From positions 1 to 30,071 of the IMG/VR virus record IMGVR_UViG_3300012667_000399: 30,071 bases of DNA, one strand, 5' to 3'. The position numbers were made by a program, and so were the translations under genes. Every line of letters begins with the position of its first letter. Position 1 is the first letter of the stretch. The stretch is from a virus. Lineage: Duplodnaviria > Caudoviricetes. Under the pieces are notes generated by a model. That model saw only the letters and a program-made list of their open reading frames with translations, was not told the DNA's origin and ran no database searches. Of the stretch, positions 26,707 to 30,071 are shown in pieces.

Positions 26707-27580
26707 TAAAGCAATAGTAAGAAAGATCATGCGTGATCTTAAACCTCCAGGGGACAACTGGATTGATGATTCTATTGAGTGGATAGGTGAGGCTTTAGAG
26801 CACATCGGAGCAACGCCACAACTTGTACAGAAAGGTAAAGTACTTAATGTAGTAGACTACAAAGTACTTATGCCTGATGATTTGTATTACATTAATCAAG
26901 TTGCTATTAACAACGTTATTAGTCCTACAATAACTAATGAACTTACAGAGTTAGTAGCACAATTAACTGCATTAAATGCACAAGTAGTATCTAATCCTAA
27001 TGATAAGATTTCTTATAACTACCAACTACGTGAAATAAACGCTAGAATTGGAGTATTAGAAAACTTGTATTTAGCAGCAGATAATACTCTTAGTCCATTA
27101 CAATATGGAACATCTACATTCCCTGCAGGAATTCATTGTGATAATTGTGTGAATCAATTTATCAAATGCAAAGAAACGTATATTGTAGATGGTGGATATA
27201 TTAAGACTTCTTTTAAAGAAGGTCCTATTTGTTTAAGTTACACAGCTTTCCCATTAGATGAGGATTGTTATCCTATGGTACCAGATGATATTAGCTATAA
27301 AGAAGCTATGTTTTGGTATGTGTATAAGCAAATGATGTTAGGTGGTTATACTCCATCTATGAATGGAATTGATTACAATTTTGCTGATCAAAAGTGGAGA
27401 TACTATTGCACTCAAGCAAGAAACGCTGCTAACTACCCAAGCATTGATAAGTACGAATCATTCTTGAATCAATGGGTTAGATTGGTACCTAATATCAATA
27501 GACATTCTACAGGATTTGAGAATTTGAACACAAGAGAGAATTTAGACAGAGGGCGTTATAATAATTACGGAACAATATGA
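26684..27580 (+). CDS. Tail tubular / ring protein (P22 gp4-like in crAss annotations)
   Basis: IEWIGEALEHIG, YIKTSFKEG, DEDCYPMVPDD, WRYYCTQAR. Confidence 0.78.
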   Translation: MVYRLTSSKAIVRKIMRDLKPPGDNWIDDSIEWIGEALEHIGATPQLVQKGKVLNVVDYKVLMPDDLYYINQVAINNVISPTITNELTELVAQLTALNAQVVSNPNDKISYNYQLREINARIGVLENLYLAADNTLSPLQYGTSTFPAGIHCDNCVNQFIKCKETYIVDGGYIKTSFKEGPICLSYTAFPLDEDCYPMVPDDISYKEAMFWYVYKQMMLGGYTPSMNGIDYNFADQKWRYYCTQARNAANYPSIDKYESFLNQWVRLVPNINRHSTGFENLNTRENLDRGRYNNYGTI

Positions 27581-30071
27581 AGTTTTTAAAAGGATTATAT
27601 AAAGATTCAGGATTAGTAGATCAACCACAAAGCACTCATAGAGATGCTTTGAATATGGTTATGAATTTAGATAAAGGTGCAGTTGCTACAGAATATGGCA
27701 ATACTCCTTCTCCTGCTACTGTTAGAATTCAACAAACTCTTACTGATGACAGAAAGATTAATGGATCAATCCTTTTACCAGATAATAAATTCATAGTATT
27801 CTATTCTAAAAAATATACTAACACATCTACTTCATATATCTATTTATATGATTCTGAAGGAGATATGATGACATTGTTATTTGCTACATCTAATAATTCT
27901 AACGACCCTTATTACGATCCAGATACCAAACATTTAAATTTCTCTATAGAATATCCTATTACTGGAGAAGCTAGAGTAGCTGCTAATGGAGATGTTGTAG
28001 TTTATTTTACAGATAACTATAAAAATGTAGCAGTAGAACCTGTTACTAATATTGAGTATTTAGAAGAATATAATCCTCCTAGAACCTTTAATGTAACTAG
28101 ACAATTAAAGAATTTAAAAAATGGAGCACCTGTAACTGCTTTATACACTAGTATAACAGGAACTAAATCTCAAATTACAGGTAAGAGTGTAGATTACTTA
28201 AACCTATTTTTAATTACTAATAAGATCCCAGAATTAGCTGGTCATAGACTTATTAAAGGTGGAGCACTAGAGACAGGTACATATTACTTATGTTTAGCCT
28301 ATGCTACTGAAGAGTTTACTGAAACTAATATCTATACTGTAAGTCAACCTGTTTATATTCCTAAAGGAAACTACAATGATGATGGTTTATGCCCTGTTGT
28401 TCCTTTTGAACATATGACTGGAGCACCTGCAGGAACTCAAACTTCTTTTGGTGTATCTTGGGAATATGGATCTAGAGGATATACTCCAGATTCTAACTAC
28501 AATTACATTGTTCCTTATATCATTAAACTATCAGGAAATGCTAGAACAGCGTATAAACTTCCTTTAGTTCCATTAAATGATATGGGATATATAACATTTA
28601 CAGGTACTGAAAATTATGCAACTAGTTCTGTAGAAGATATTGTATTAGATAAAGCTACATATCTTACATCTAAATCACTTACACAATTAGATAATAAATT
28701 ATATCTTGGTAATCTTACTGCTAGAAAAGATATTGGTTATCAACGTTTTGCAAATAACATTGAAACTATTCCTGTAATTAAAAAAGTAAAAAGATTTGAT
28801 GCTCGTGTTTACGATACATTGAACTTAAATTATGGGTATACTCAAATATTAAAACAAAGTAGTTCAGGAACTTACAATCAAGATTTTGATGATTATAAGT
28901 TTATTTCTAACTACTATACTAAATATCAGACCTCTAGTATTTATGATTCTGATACAGATTTTTGGACATCAAATGGTGCAGGAGGGTATCGTCCTGCTAC
29001 ATATATTGATGATATGGGTGGATATAGAAATCAAAAGTATGCATCATATCTTAAGTCTTATCGTAGAGGAGAAGTTTATGCTTTATATATCTCTTTTGTA
29101 TTAGATGATGGAACTGAAACTTATGCTTATCATGTTCCTGGAAGAGATAGAACAATGATAGAAGCATGGCAAGTAGATAACTCTACAGATGTTAGTGAAG
29201 AAGTGTTTCCAAATGGTACTTCCACATCAGGAGATATAGATTATGCATTTGAAGAATATGATGTTAATGCAGATACTTATAGAAGATCTAGTTTAAACTT
29301 TGATTTAGCTGAACGTATTGGTACATACGAGTACAATAAAATTAATGATACTAGTAGAACTATTCTTCCTAATAGAACAAATGCTGGAGATACTAACTTA
29401 ATGGGAGCATGGAGAAATGAATCTGAAATATATCCAAATACTCCTGACTTTGATGTAATGTCTGTAGATGTATTTGGTAATCCTGAGTATAGTTCTTCTA
29501 TTCAAGGTAGTAGAGTACGTCACCATAAATTTCCATCTAATCTTAGTAACGGATATTCTTTTGTTGATTTTGATAGAACTAACTTATACAGAATTAAAAT
29601 TCCAAGTTCAGGAACTCCTATAGGACACACTGAAGCAAGTATGTTAGTTAACCTTAGAACTGCTACTGCAAGTTGGGATGATCAATACAATCAATCAGCA
29701 TTCTTTTATGAGACTATTAATATCTTAGGATTCCAACTTAAAAATGTTAGAATTCCTAAATTTATTCTTAAGCAAATTCAAGGATTTAAAGTTTACTATG
29801 CTAAAAGAACTATAGAGAATAAAACTATTCTTGGTCAAAGTTTACTTCACCCATCTTTCTTTAGAGCACATGGTTTCTTTTCAACTACAAGATTACCACT
29901 GTCTAATAAAAAATTAGGACCATATTACAGATATTGGAGTTTTTATGCTAACATTCCAGATGTACTATCTGCAGATGTTAACTCATATATTAAATATGAT
30001 TCAAAATATATAGGTAAATACTATAATACAACTGGAGGCGGTGTTACAGATAATGATACATACTTTGGAAG
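27577..30071 (+). CDS. Tail stabilization / muzzle protein (P22 gp10-like), 3' truncated
   Basis: ATG 27577 overlaps the previous stop; MKFLKGLYKD...RDALN, YFTDN, NKLYLGNL, KSYRRGEVYA, RVRHHKFP seen in frame. Absent from the ORF track, consistent with no stop inside the window. Confidence 0.85.
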   Translation, partial: MKFLKGLYKDSGLVDQPQSTHRDALNMVMNLDKGAVATEYGNTPSPATVRIQQTLTDDRKINGSILLPDNKFIVFYSKKYTNTSTSYIYLYDSEGDMMTLLFATSNNSNDPYYDPDTKHLNFSIEYPITGEARVAANGDVVVYFTDNYKNVAVEPVTNIEYLEEYNPPRTFNVTRQLKNLKNGAPVTALYTSITGTKSQITGKSVDYLNLFLITNKIPELAGHRLIKGGALETGTYYLCLAYATEEFTETNIYTVSQPVYIPKGNYNDDGLCPVVPFEHMTGAPAGTQTSFGVSWEYGSRGYTPDSNYNYIVPYIIKLSGNARTAYKLPLVPLNDMGYITFTGTENYATSSVEDIVLDKATYLTSKSLTQLDNKLYLGNLTARKDIGYQRFANNIETIPVIKKVKRFDARVYDTLNLNYGYTQILKQSSSGTYNQDFDDYKFISNYYTKYQTSSIYDSDTDFWTSNGAGGYRPATYIDDMGGYRNQKYASYLKSYRRGEVYALYISFVLDDGTETYAYHVPGRDRTMIEAWQVDNSTDVSEEVFPNGTSTSGDIDYAFEEYDVNADTYRRSSLNFDLAERIGTYEYNKINDTSRTILPNRTNAGDTNLMGAWRNESEIYPNTPDFDVMSVDVFGNPEYSSSIQGSRVRHHKFPSNLSNGYSFVDFDRTNLYRIKIPSSGTPIGHTEASMLVNLRTATASWDDQYNQSAFFYETINILGFQLKNVRIPKFILKQIQGFKVYYAKRTIENKTILGQSLLHPSFFRAHGFFSTTRLPLSNKKLGPYYRYWSFYANIPDVLSADVNSYIKYDSKYIGKYYNTTGGGVTDNDTYFG

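Noticed and set aside
28886-29104. 72-aa ORF in an apparently empty 3' region
   Set aside because: Out-of-frame overlap; the region belongs to the long muzzle gene starting at 27577.
1175-30071. Stop-codon reassignment, known in some crAss-like phages
   Set aside because: Core genes are full length in code 11 and tile without gaps; no suppressor tRNA seen.

Overview
AT-rich window from a tailed dsDNA phage with crAss-like (Crassvirales-type) gene order and a probable Bacteroidota host (recurrent TAnnTTTG promoter boxes, AT-rich starts without obvious Shine-Dalgarno motifs). It spans a strand switch at about 372-595, with small minus-strand genes to the left. To the right is the plus-strand late module: lysis cassette (YkuD-like endolysin, holin, spanin-like pair), GroES, HTH, Cys-rich and HU/IHF-like proteins, terminase, portal, Dps-like protein, scaffold, major capsid, ring/auxiliary capsid proteins, tail fibres, a metallophosphoesterase, small basic proteins, IHF-like protein, tail tubular protein and a truncated tail stabilization (muzzle) gene. 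Genes read through in standard code 11 with no introns or inteins evident. The most striking unexplained elements are a roughly 240-280 nt ORF-free, relatively GC-rich, multi-stem putative RNA with its own promoter (about 750-1030), and a shared [FYML]xxGG / DP.KKK / GGKKC motif set in two otherwise unrelated proteins. All family names come from recalled motifs and synteny, not from database searches.
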